From NCBI GenBank assembly GCA_051883515.1, contig JBJETW010000014.1, forward strand, positions 1,345-65,344: 64,000 nt of DNA, in the 5' to 3' direction. Shown here piece by piece: positions 47,401 to 55,143 of the stretch. A program made the position numbers and the translations under genes. How positions within the stretch are numbered: position 1 is the first letter of the stretch; every line of letters starts with the position of its first letter. The notes beneath the pieces are model-generated. The model did not search any database. It saw only the letters and a program-made list of their open reading frames with translations, and was not told the origin of the DNA. This DNA comes from Candidatus Onthoplasma sp. (GTDB taxonomy: Bacteria; Bacillota; Clostridia; Christensenellales; UBA1242).

Positions 47401-48267
47401 TTATTTGTAAACTTTCAGTCCTTTTTCAACAATTTTTATATTCAATTCTTCAAATACTGAAATTGAACCGTCTACTAACGCTTTAATTTTTTTATCTGCG
47501 TTTGCAATTCTTAAATTGTTTATCCAAAGTTGAGTGTTTCCTGTGTCGTAGATATGCGACCCTGTTTCAAACAAACGCAAAAATCTTTTTTTATCCTCGT
47601 CCGTTTCAACAGTTGAATAAATCAAGTTAAAAACCCCATCTTGTGTGTTTGACAGCGGACTGATTGATTTCCCTTTTGACAAACCACCATTTGCAATAAT
47701 CATTTCAAACACATTCTCTTTTTTAGATTTCCCATTTTTTGTGTCAATAAAAAGTTCAATTCCTGAAAACTTTTTTGCAAATTTATTGAGTGCAACTTTT
47801 TCTGATATGATATTTTTAAGACCATATGATTGATATGCTTCCCACGCTTCGACGCTGGCACCAATTATTATGCTATCCAAAACAACCCTTCCGTTCAAAA
47901 CCATATAATCAACAGACTGAGTTTCGTTTTTCAAAATGTCTTTGAGCGCCTGAACAGGACTTTGGTTTACTCCGATATAATTTGCAAAATCATCTTGCTT
48001 GCGGATAGGAATAATCCCCAATCTTATTCTCTTTTCGTCTTTCACAGCGTTAAGAACTTTGCTAATAACCACATCATCACCCACAACAACATAATCAAAT
48101 TCGCCAAAACTGAACAATTCGGCAACATTTTTTTCCAAATCTTCAAATGACTTAGAAAAATATACAGAATATTCTTTCTTTTCTGCTTTTAAAATCTTTA
48201 CGAGTGTCTTTGCAATTTTTTCTGCTTTTGGAGCATAACAATTTGGGGCAACAATTAAATTTAACAT
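47401..48267 (-). CDS. DAGK_cat/YegS-BmrU lipid-kinase-family protein with degenerate nucleotide-binding motifs
   Basis: The layout matches the family (LNLIVAP..., DYVVVGDDVVISKVLN, RLGIIPIRKQDDFANYIG). The canonical GGDGT and GTGNDFA motifs are replaced. Start moved to the ATG at 48267. Confidence 0.6.
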   Translation of the reverse strand: MLNLIVAPNCYAPKAEKIAKTLVKILKAEKKEYSVYFSKSFEDLEKNVAELFSFGEFDYVVVGDDVVISKVLNAVKDEKRIRLGIIPIRKQDDFANYIGVNQSPVQALKDILKNETQSVDYMVLNGRVVLDSIIIGASVEAWEAYQSYGLKNIISEKVALNKFAKKFSGIELFIDTKNGKSKKENVFEMIIANGGLSKGKSISPLSNTQDGVFNLIYSTVETDEDKKRFLRLFETGSHIYDTGNTQLWINNLRIANADKKIKALVDGSISVFEELNIKIVEKGLKVYK

Positions 48268-48429
48268 AAAGATATTATATCCTAAATTTTGGAAAAAGTA
48301 AATGTTTATGATAAAAATTTGCCTTTTGATTGAAATATTTTGCATTCTATATCATCAAACATGCAATTTCTATCAAACTTTGTTTGACAAAAATTTGTTA
48401 ATGAATTAATATTCTTATTAGGTGGCAGT

Positions 48430-49017
48430 TTGAAAAAATATACAAAAATCAATTTAAAATGGTTTTTATGGGGGATTGTTCTCCCAATATGTTTATTTCT
48501 GTTGTCTTATGACATAACTTATGCTATTTTAACTTCATCTGCAAAATCTTATGACAGCTCTGTGACGACCGGACAAATTCAATTGAATCTTAAAGATGTT
48601 AACTACACTTCACCAATTACGGCGTCAATCACGACCAGCATTTCAGAAATAACACCAGACACCGTAATATCATTATCCGGTCAAGTGGCAAATGTAAACG
48701 ATTATGACTTATATCTAATTTTAGAATTTCAAGTAAAAACCACAAACGAAACAATCAAACAAGCATTTTACACTTTTGATGGAACAAATCAAACTGAAAT
48801 AACACTTGGAAGTGAAGATGCTTACTTGTTGAGCAAGCAAACTGGTTCGACGCCAACAATCAATTTCTCTATAAATTATAATGTGGACTTTTTTGACATT
48901 GACAACACTTTCCAAGGAAGGTCGATTTTTGTGGTTGTGACCGCGTATGGAATTCAAACACAAAATGTCACAGCATCTGAAGCAACTCAAACATTAATAG
49001 AAATGGCAACAGCATAA
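48430..49017 (+). CDS. Orphan TasA/camelysin-like secreted protein 3 (195 aa)
   Basis: TTG start with AGGTGG 5 nt upstream. N-terminus is MKKYTKINLKWFLWGIVLPICLFLLSYDITYAILTSSAKSYDSSVTTGQIQLNL. The C-terminal strand is RSIFVVVTAYGIQTQNV (compare TasA LQFSFEATQWN). Confidence 0.6.
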   Translation: MKKYTKINLKWFLWGIVLPICLFLLSYDITYAILTSSAKSYDSSVTTGQIQLNLKDVNYTSPITASITTSISEITPDTVISLSGQVANVNDYDLYLILEFQVKTTNETIKQAFYTFDGTNQTEITLGSEDAYLLSKQTGSTPTINFSINYNVDFFDIDNTFQGRSIFVVVTAYGIQTQNVTASEATQTLIEMATA

Positions 49018-49030
49018 CTGCTGTTTTTTA
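49008..49030 (+). terminator. Rho-independent terminator overlapping the stop codon
   Basis: AACAGC (49008..49013) pairs with GCTGTT (49020..49025), followed by a T-run. Confidence 0.55.
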
Positions 49031-49092
49031 TTTTTTACGTTGACAATTTTTTCGTCATTTTTTATAATTTATCTATATTAAAAGGATATAAT

Positions 49093-50370
49093 ATGGAATA
49101 CATTATTTTAGGAATAATTTTTGGCATTGTTTGGGTTTTTTCTTTAATCACCTTTGTTGTGTTATACAAAAAGAAACCAACAACCGCAAATGACGATAAA
49201 TCGATTAAACAAATTGTTGACAATCAAAAAGAACAAAATATTTTATTAAATAATATGATTATGAACGCAATGAAAAACACAGAAATTTCAACTCAAAATA
49301 CAATCAGAAATTTAACAGTTTTGCAAAAACAAGAATTTGAATCAATTTCAAAACGCGTGGACGAACTAACGGCAAGAAACGAGCAAAGAATTGAAAAACT
49401 CACTTTTGATGTAAATTTATCACTAAACAACATGCGTCAAGAAAACGACAAAGCAATTGAAAAAATGCGCGAAACGGTCGACGAAAAACTCAACAATTCA
49501 CTTTCTCAAAGATTAAATGAAAGTTTTTCAAAAATTCAACAAAGTTTGGAAAGCGTAAATCTCGGAATTGGCGAAATGAGAAACCTTGCAAACGGAGTTG
49601 GAGACATCAAAAAAGTTTTGTCAAATGTAAAAGTTCGGGGTGGCTGGGGTGAAGTTATGCTTTCAACCTTGCTGGAACAGATGCTTGCTCCAAGTCAATA
49701 TATGGCACAGGTTCAAGTCAAGAAAAACAGCAAAGAACGTGTGGATTTTGCAGTTATAATGCCGGGGAAAGATGGTCATGAAGTCCTTCTTCCAATTGAT
49801 AGCAAATTCCCGCTTGAAGATTACAACAAACTTGTTGAAGCAAGCGAAACATTAGATAAAGACCTGATTGAAAGAAGGCAAAAAGCGTTAATCAAACGCG
49901 TGAGAGATGAAGCAAAATCTATTCATGATAAATATATAAATGTCCCAGAAACCACGGATTTTGCAATTATGTTCCTTCCAATTGAAGGACTTTATGCTGA
50001 AGTTGTTCGCGACATTGACCTTATGGATACTCTTCAAAATCAATACAAAATTGTCGTGTGCGGACCAACAACCCTATCTGCTTTATTAAACAGTTTGCAA
50101 CTCGGATTTAAAACACTTCACATTGAAAAGCGAAGCAGTGAATTGTGGCAAATTTTGTCAACATTTAAACAAGAATTTGAAAAATTTGTTCAACTTTTGT
50201 TAAAAACCCAAAGCAAACTCGGAGAAGCAAATTCAACAATTGAACTCGCAACCAAGTCGTCAAAGAAGATTGCAAAAAAACTTGGAGACGTTTCACAAGT
50301 TGTTGGAATTGACTATGACGATAAAGACAATGATGACGGAAATGACGAAGTTCCTGCCATTGAAGATTAA
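49093..50370 (+). CDS. rmuC: DNA recombination protein RmuC
   Basis: N-terminal TM helix, a long coiled coil, and a C-terminal RmuC nuclease-like core (VDFAVIMPG...LPIDSKFPLEDY...FAIMFLPIEGLYAEV). Confidence 0.85.
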   Translation: MEYIILGIIFGIVWVFSLITFVVLYKKKPTTANDDKSIKQIVDNQKEQNILLNNMIMNAMKNTEISTQNTIRNLTVLQKQEFESISKRVDELTARNEQRIEKLTFDVNLSLNNMRQENDKAIEKMRETVDEKLNNSLSQRLNESFSKIQQSLESVNLGIGEMRNLANGVGDIKKVLSNVKVRGGWGEVMLSTLLEQMLAPSQYMAQVQVKKNSKERVDFAVIMPGKDGHEVLLPIDSKFPLEDYNKLVEASETLDKDLIERRQKALIKRVRDEAKSIHDKYINVPETTDFAIMFLPIEGLYAEVVRDIDLMDTLQNQYKIVVCGPTTLSALLNSLQLGFKTLHIEKRSSELWQILSTFKQEFEKFVQLLLKTQSKLGEANSTIELATKSSKKIAKKLGDVSQVVGIDYDDKDNDDGNDEVPAIED

Positions 50371-50407
50371 TCATTTAAACATAAAATCGACAAAAATCAC
50401 ACATAAT

Positions 50408-51682
50408 ATGAGCATGAAAAAAATATTACTTTCAAGTTTGTTATGTGTGGTTTTTCTTTTTTCAATTGTCATCACCCCAACATTCGCCTTGGAAAGTGAA
50501 AAACTTGAATTTAGATATGACAATATGGTTTTTTCTTATTCTCTTAGCAAAAACATAAAAACTTCCACTCAGTTTGATATCGATTATTCTTTAAATAAAT
50601 ACAATCGTTTCGGTTCAACTGAACAACGACAAGCATTGCTAAAACACATGCTTTCCGCTGGTTTTGAGCCCAAAATTTGTGTGAACTATCTTTTCCCAAA
50701 CATTGACTTAACCATTAAAAAAATTGAAAAGACTTTAAATTTATCTGCAAAAAATGCAACAATTGACATAAATACAACCCGAGATAATGTCTTTGTCATT
50801 TCAAAAGAAAAAACTGGCAGACAACTCGACGTCGAAAATCTTTATCTTCAAATCTGCAAAAACTATTTGGCAACAAAGAATTTAAATATAAAATTAAATT
50901 TCAAAAAAATTGAACCAGCCATTTTATCTTCTCAATTAGAGAAAAACACATATTTACGTTCGTCATTTTCAACAAATATAACTTCATCTTCCGCGGACAG
51001 AAAGCATAACATCAAAAATGCAATGAACACTCTAAATCTTGTGGAAGTATATCCAAATCAAATCTTTTCTTTTAACAGCACAATCGGGAAACGCACAAAA
51101 GCAAATGGTTATCGTGAAGCAAAAATAATAATAAATAACGAGTTTGTTGACGGAATTGGTGGCGGAGTGTGTCAAGTTTCGTCCACATTATATAACGCGG
51201 TTCTTTTGTCTGGACTGGAAATTATCGAAGCCAACAAACACAGTCGCCAAGTAAACTATGTAAAGTATGGGTTTGACGCCATGGTGAATTATGGTAGTAG
51301 CGATTTAAAATTTAGAAACAATACAAAAGAAAAAATCACAATCGTTGCAAACTACTCACCAAATCAAATTAAATTTCGCATATATGGTGAAAACATGAAC
51401 AATGTGAAATATAAATTGCGAAATGAAATTATATCAACAACTGAACCTGGAGAAATTGTTTTGACTGACGAAAAACAAGAATATGCAGACAAAGTTCAAT
51501 TTGAAGATGAATTTTTCTATCTAAAAAAAGGAATACGCGGTATGGAAGTAAAATCATATCGAGACAAATATATTGATGAACAACTTGTCAAGCACGAAAT
51601 TCTTAGAACAGATAAATTTAAAATGGAAGATGCAATTAAAATTTATGGCATAAAAAAACGCACAGAAATCTGTGCGTCTTAG
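50408..51682 (+). CDS. VanW-family protein with signal peptide
   Basis: MSMKKILLSSLLCVVFLFSIVITPTFA. The VanW core is GIGGGVCQVSSTLYNAVLLSGLEIIEANKHS. Start moved from 50240 (inside rmuC) to 50408. Confidence 0.8.
   Translation: MSMKKILLSSLLCVVFLFSIVITPTFALESEKLEFRYDNMVFSYSLSKNIKTSTQFDIDYSLNKYNRFGSTEQRQALLKHMLSAGFEPKICVNYLFPNIDLTIKKIEKTLNLSAKNATIDINTTRDNVFVISKEKTGRQLDVENLYLQICKNYLATKNLNIKLNFKKIEPAILSSQLEKNTYLRSSFSTNITSSSADRKHNIKNAMNTLNLVEVYPNQIFSFNSTIGKRTKANGYREAKIIINNEFVDGIGGGVCQVSSTLYNAVLLSGLEIIEANKHSRQVNYVKYGFDAMVNYGSSDLKFRNNTKEKITIVANYSPNQIKFRIYGENMNNVKYKLRNEIISTTEPGEIVLTDEKQEYADKVQFEDEFFYLKKGIRGMEVKSYRDKYIDEQLVKHEILRTDKFKMEDAIKIYGIKKRTEICAS
51652..51677 (-). terminator. Terminator for the LRR gene, embedded in the last codons of the convergent vanW-family gene
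   Basis: ACGCACAG (51658..51665) pairs with CTGTGCGT (51670..51677). On the minus strand it is followed by a T7 run. Confidence 0.65.
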
Positions 51683-51693
51683 GAAACAAATTG

Positions 51694-52782
51694 TTAAGCC
51701 ATTTGACTTTCTGGCAAAATCTTATCTTTTACTTTTGATAAATTAGAAACAGCTTTATACGCTTCAACTGAGTTATCAGGAACATAAATATGAAAGTCAT
51801 CTCTAGAAGCATTTCCAGAAAATATACAATCAACTCCACATGTTGGAGGTGTTTCTCTCTGAAACCAAAAATTAGTGCAATAATAATCACTAATTGGGTC
51901 AGCCGTCAATCCTCCAAAAGCCATATTGCCCACCGATGCTATGCTTGAAGGTAATGTGACATTGGTGAAACTTCCTTTTGTGTTAAAACTAGATGGAATT
52001 GCTGTAAAATTTGAACTAGGATTAAAATCAGATTGAAACTTTATCATTTGAAACATTCCTGTAGAAAATGGAAGTGAAAAACCTTCAGGAAAAACAACGC
52101 CAGGACAAATTAATTTTTCGGTTGCACCACTAAAAGCATAAGTCCCTATCGATTCAAGCGTCGAAGGTATAATTATTTGTTGACTTGCACATGCAACACC
52201 AGCCAATCCCCTTGCCCCAATCTTTGTTAGTTGTGGCAAATTTGAAAGGTCAATTGCCCCAGAAACGCAGTAATCAAAAGCATAATCTTCAACAGTTTGC
52301 AAATTTTGTAAACTGCTAAAATTATCAAATATAGTGTTTGTTGCCAATTGAAAAGCATAAGAACCAATTGTTTGCAAATCATCATTAAATACAATTCTAA
52401 CCTTCGCCTTATTCCCTCTGAAAAAATGCGACCTAAGTCTTGTTATTCCGCTCGGAATATGTAAAGTGGTAATTTCTGTTTGTTCCGGCATTGTATCATC
52501 ATCAAAAAACCAAATTTTCTTGACATAATCTAAATTGTAGTCATTGGTCCCTGTTGATATACTACCATCAGAAGCAACAAATGCTTTTCCTGTTAAAACA
52601 TCGTCACTTGTTAAATCAATTTGGTTCAAATCAGGAATGACCAAATTTTGAATTGCTGTTGTGATTTCGCTTGGACTAGGATTTATATTGGCAATATTAA
52701 CTGTCCCACCTTTGTTCTCTATTTCAGTTTTCTGTTTTACAAGTTCTTGTTTTAAAAGTTCAATATTATTCGTTTCGCTCAT
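51694..52782 (-). CDS. BspA-type leucine-rich-repeat (LRR_5-like) protein, no signal peptide, coiled-coil N-terminus
   Basis: Repeats of the form IPSxLxxIGxYAFxG (LQTIGSYAFQL, LQTVEDYAFDY, LTKIGARGLAG, LESIGTYAFSG, IASVGNMAFGG). Confidence 0.7.
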   Translation of the reverse strand: MSETNNIELLKQELVKQKTEIENKGGTVNIANINPSPSEITTAIQNLVIPDLNQIDLTSDDVLTGKAFVASDGSISTGTNDYNLDYVKKIWFFDDDTMPEQTEITTLHIPSGITRLRSHFFRGNKAKVRIVFNDDLQTIGSYAFQLATNTIFDNFSSLQNLQTVEDYAFDYCVSGAIDLSNLPQLTKIGARGLAGVACASQQIIIPSTLESIGTYAFSGATEKLICPGVVFPEGFSLPFSTGMFQMIKFQSDFNPSSNFTAIPSSFNTKGSFTNVTLPSSIASVGNMAFGGLTADPISDYYCTNFWFQRETPPTCGVDCIFSGNASRDDFHIYVPDNSVEAYKAVSNLSKVKDKILPESQMA

Positions 52783-52949
52783 TCATAATCTCCAATTAAA
52801 ATTTTCCCAATTTCATCATTTAAATAATAATTTCCGTTAAGAACAAAATCTAATTCATCTTCAATTTTAAGCAATCGATAGTAAGTTTCTATCTTTTTTT
52901 CAAGATTAAAAACCCTTTGATTCAATTGCTCAATCATTTGTTCTGACAT
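52779..52949 (-). CDS. Small coiled-coil protein (56 aa; below the ORF-track cut-off), translationally coupled to the LRR gene
   Basis: Hand translation, codon by codon, gives MSEQMIEQLNQRVFNLEKKIETYYRLLKIEDELDFVLNGNYYLNDEIGKILIGDYE. GGGAGG lies 5 nt upstream. The TGA overlaps the downstream ATG (ATGA). Confidence 0.6.
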   Translation of the reverse strand: MSEQMIEQLNQRVFNLEKKIETYYRLLKIEDELDFVLNGNYYLNDEIGKILIGDYE

Positions 52950-53085
52950 ATTTGCCTCCCTACTTGCATTTTAAATCAAAAAATGAAATATTTTCCAAAA
53001 CATGTCAAAAATAAATTTAACGAATGTTAAATAAAAATCGTTTGTTTTTTGAAGATTATATGTTATAATATTGGTGGAGTTTATT

Positions 53086-53646
53086 ATGAACAAAAATCTT
53101 AAATTATCATTTATCCTAACTTTTATAATGAGCGCGGTTGTTATCGCATGGAGCACACTTTCTTCTTTCTTCGGTGGAGTTGGAATTAACTTTGTCGCTC
53201 TTGTGTGCATAACTTGCACATTCCTAATGTTGATTTTATCTGATGAATCTTTAAAATCTAGAGCGCGCGATTTATTTATCATTGTTTGTATTTTCACCTG
53301 CCTTGAATTTGTTGTTTTCATCAACATTGAATTTGGTTTCACTTCATCTTACAATGTGATGAAAATTTATCAAAACGTGTTAATATTGTTGGCAATCGCA
53401 ATTGTTGCATACACATTGTTTAGATTGATTTGTGAAATAAAACAAAAACGTGTGCACTTCATTGAAATTTTGCTCGGCAACGAAGAGCGCGTCAAAAAAG
53501 AGAAAAAAACAAAAGAACTTTCAAACGGAACATTGTCTGAAAAGCCAAACAACAATAATTATGTAGATGAAATTAATGATTCAGAAATTATACAATCAGA
53601 TTCAACTCTAATCATTGAAGAAACAAAAGAAAACGACGAAGAGTAA
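53086..53646 (+). CDS. Membrane protein (4 TM helices) with charged C-terminal tail
   Basis: ATG at 53086 with GGTGGAG 6 nt upstream. Hydrophobic helices are followed by KKEKKTKELSNG...EETKENDEE. Confidence 0.65.
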   Translation: MNKNLKLSFILTFIMSAVVIAWSTLSSFFGGVGINFVALVCITCTFLMLILSDESLKSRARDLFIIVCIFTCLEFVVFINIEFGFTSSYNVMKIYQNVLILLAIAIVAYTLFRLICEIKQKRVHFIEILLGNEERVKKEKKTKELSNGTLSEKPNNNNYVDEINDSEIIQSDSTLIIEETKENDEE

Positions 53647-53680
53647 ATCCATAAAAAACAAAAAAATTATTTATAAACAA

Positions 53681-53710
53681 AAAAAACAACAGTTTTCTGT
53701 TGTTTTTTGT
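53681..53710. terminator. Bidirectional terminator between the membrane protein gene and tilS
   Basis: CAACAG (53687..53692) pairs with CTGTTG (53697..53702) across loop TTTT, flanked by an A-run and a T-run. Confidence 0.65.
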
Positions 53711-53732
53711 TATTGTTTTATTATTTTTTATT

Positions 53733-55076
53733 TTACATTAAATCTCTTTCATAATTTATTTTGTAAAATTTTGATGTGCTTTCAGTCACTTTTATTTCAT
53801 CTGAAATTTCAATGTCGGCAACAATTAAAATCTTGTTTCCTTGAGCGAGAACTGGAATTTCATCTCTCATTCTTTGTGGAATTTTCTTGTCGATAAAATA
53901 TTCTTTCAATTTCTTTGTTCCATCAAGACCAAGTGGTGAGAATGTGTCTCCTTCTCTTCTGAATCTCCAAACGGCATCTGCTGGAATTTTTTCAGCGTCG
54001 ACAATATGTTGATGAGGTTTTGGTTCGGTGAAGACCTTGCTTGAAGTTGTGCGGATCGTTCCATAATTTTCAATATTAAGTTTTCCACTTCTAAATGAGT
54101 ATTCTCCACTCACTTCTTTTTTCTTGATATTCCCAATTGTTATAAAGTCATATTCTTTCATAACTTTAAGTTTGTTTGGAAGACTAATCACATTTCCATT
54201 TTTCGCTTCAAGAGCAAATTCTCTCACCATATTGATGTGCTTTCTCTCAATGTCTTGTTTTGCAAATCTTGAAAATACTTTCATCAAAATTCTGTTCACA
54301 ATTGCAGGGTGTTGATAAAAATATGTCAATGGAATTTTTGTTGTTTCAGGAGTTTCAATCAATGTTCCCATATCAATTTTTGAGTTAATAAAGTCATCAT
54401 CAACCTTGCACAATTTTGAAAAATTGATAATATTTTTATCCACGCCATTAAAATGTTTTCTAAGCGTTGGCAAAACCACATTTCGGATATAATTTCTTGA
54501 ATAAGTATTATCCCTGTTTGTTTCGTCATCAACATATTCAAGTGAATTTTCGTCTATGTAAGACATGATTTCTTCTCTAGGTGTTTCAAGGAAAGGACGA
54601 ATATAAACATCGTCTCTAATTGGGTCCATACCTTTCACCCCATTAAGTCCTGCGCCACGAACTATGTTTAAAAGTATTGTTTCAACTTGGTCGTTCATGT
54701 GATGTGCAAGAGCAATTTTATCCACCAATCCCTTTTTAATGACTGTTTCAAAAACGCCGTATCTTACTTTTCTTGCTGCTTGTTCAAGAGTTAATTTTTC
54801 TTCTTTTGCAACTTTGAGTGCTTCACCTTTAAATTTGTATGCCCTAATTTTATGCTCTTTGCAAAAATCCATAACAAATTGAGTGTCAAGCGCACTTCCT
54901 TCTCTAATTCCATGGTCCACATTAACTGCCACAACTTCGCAATCCAATTCTTCTTTAATAGAATTTAAATAATGCAAAAGGCAAATGCTGTCTCTTCCGC
55001 CAGAGCAAGCAACACCCACAATTTCTCCATGTTTAATCATGTTATTTTTCTTAATAAAGTCTAAAACGTTGTCCAT
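53733..55076 (-). CDS. tilS: tRNA(Ile)-lysidine synthase
   Basis: PP-loop VACSGGRDS near the N-terminus. 447 aa, matching the family length and layout. Confidence 0.9.
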   Translation of the reverse strand: MDNVLDFIKKNNMIKHGEIVGVACSGGRDSICLLHYLNSIKEELDCEVVAVNVDHGIREGSALDTQFVMDFCKEHKIRAYKFKGEALKVAKEEKLTLEQAARKVRYGVFETVIKKGLVDKIALAHHMNDQVETILLNIVRGAGLNGVKGMDPIRDDVYIRPFLETPREEIMSYIDENSLEYVDDETNRDNTYSRNYIRNVVLPTLRKHFNGVDKNIINFSKLCKVDDDFINSKIDMGTLIETPETTKIPLTYFYQHPAIVNRILMKVFSRFAKQDIERKHINMVREFALEAKNGNVISLPNKLKVMKEYDFITIGNIKKKEVSGEYSFRSGKLNIENYGTIRTTSSKVFTEPKPHQHIVDAEKIPADAVWRFRREGDTFSPLGLDGTKKLKEYFIDKKIPQRMRDEIPVLAQGNKILIVADIEISDEIKVTESTSKFYKINYERDLM

Positions 55077-55143
55077 AAATTTCTCCTGATGCTATTATAC
55101 AATATCAAAAGAAATATTGCAAGACCAATTTATGAATTTTATG

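Noticed and set aside
50240-50407. Long N-terminal extension of the VanW-family ORF that overlaps rmuC by 131 nt.
   Set aside because: The extension is out of frame within rmuC coding sequence. A typical signal peptide begins at the ATG at 50408, after the rmuC stop.
52971-53342. 123-aa minus-strand ORF.
   Set aside because: It overlaps the better-supported plus-strand membrane-protein gene (RBS GGTGGAG, clear TM helices) and the divergent promoter region. It has no RBS.
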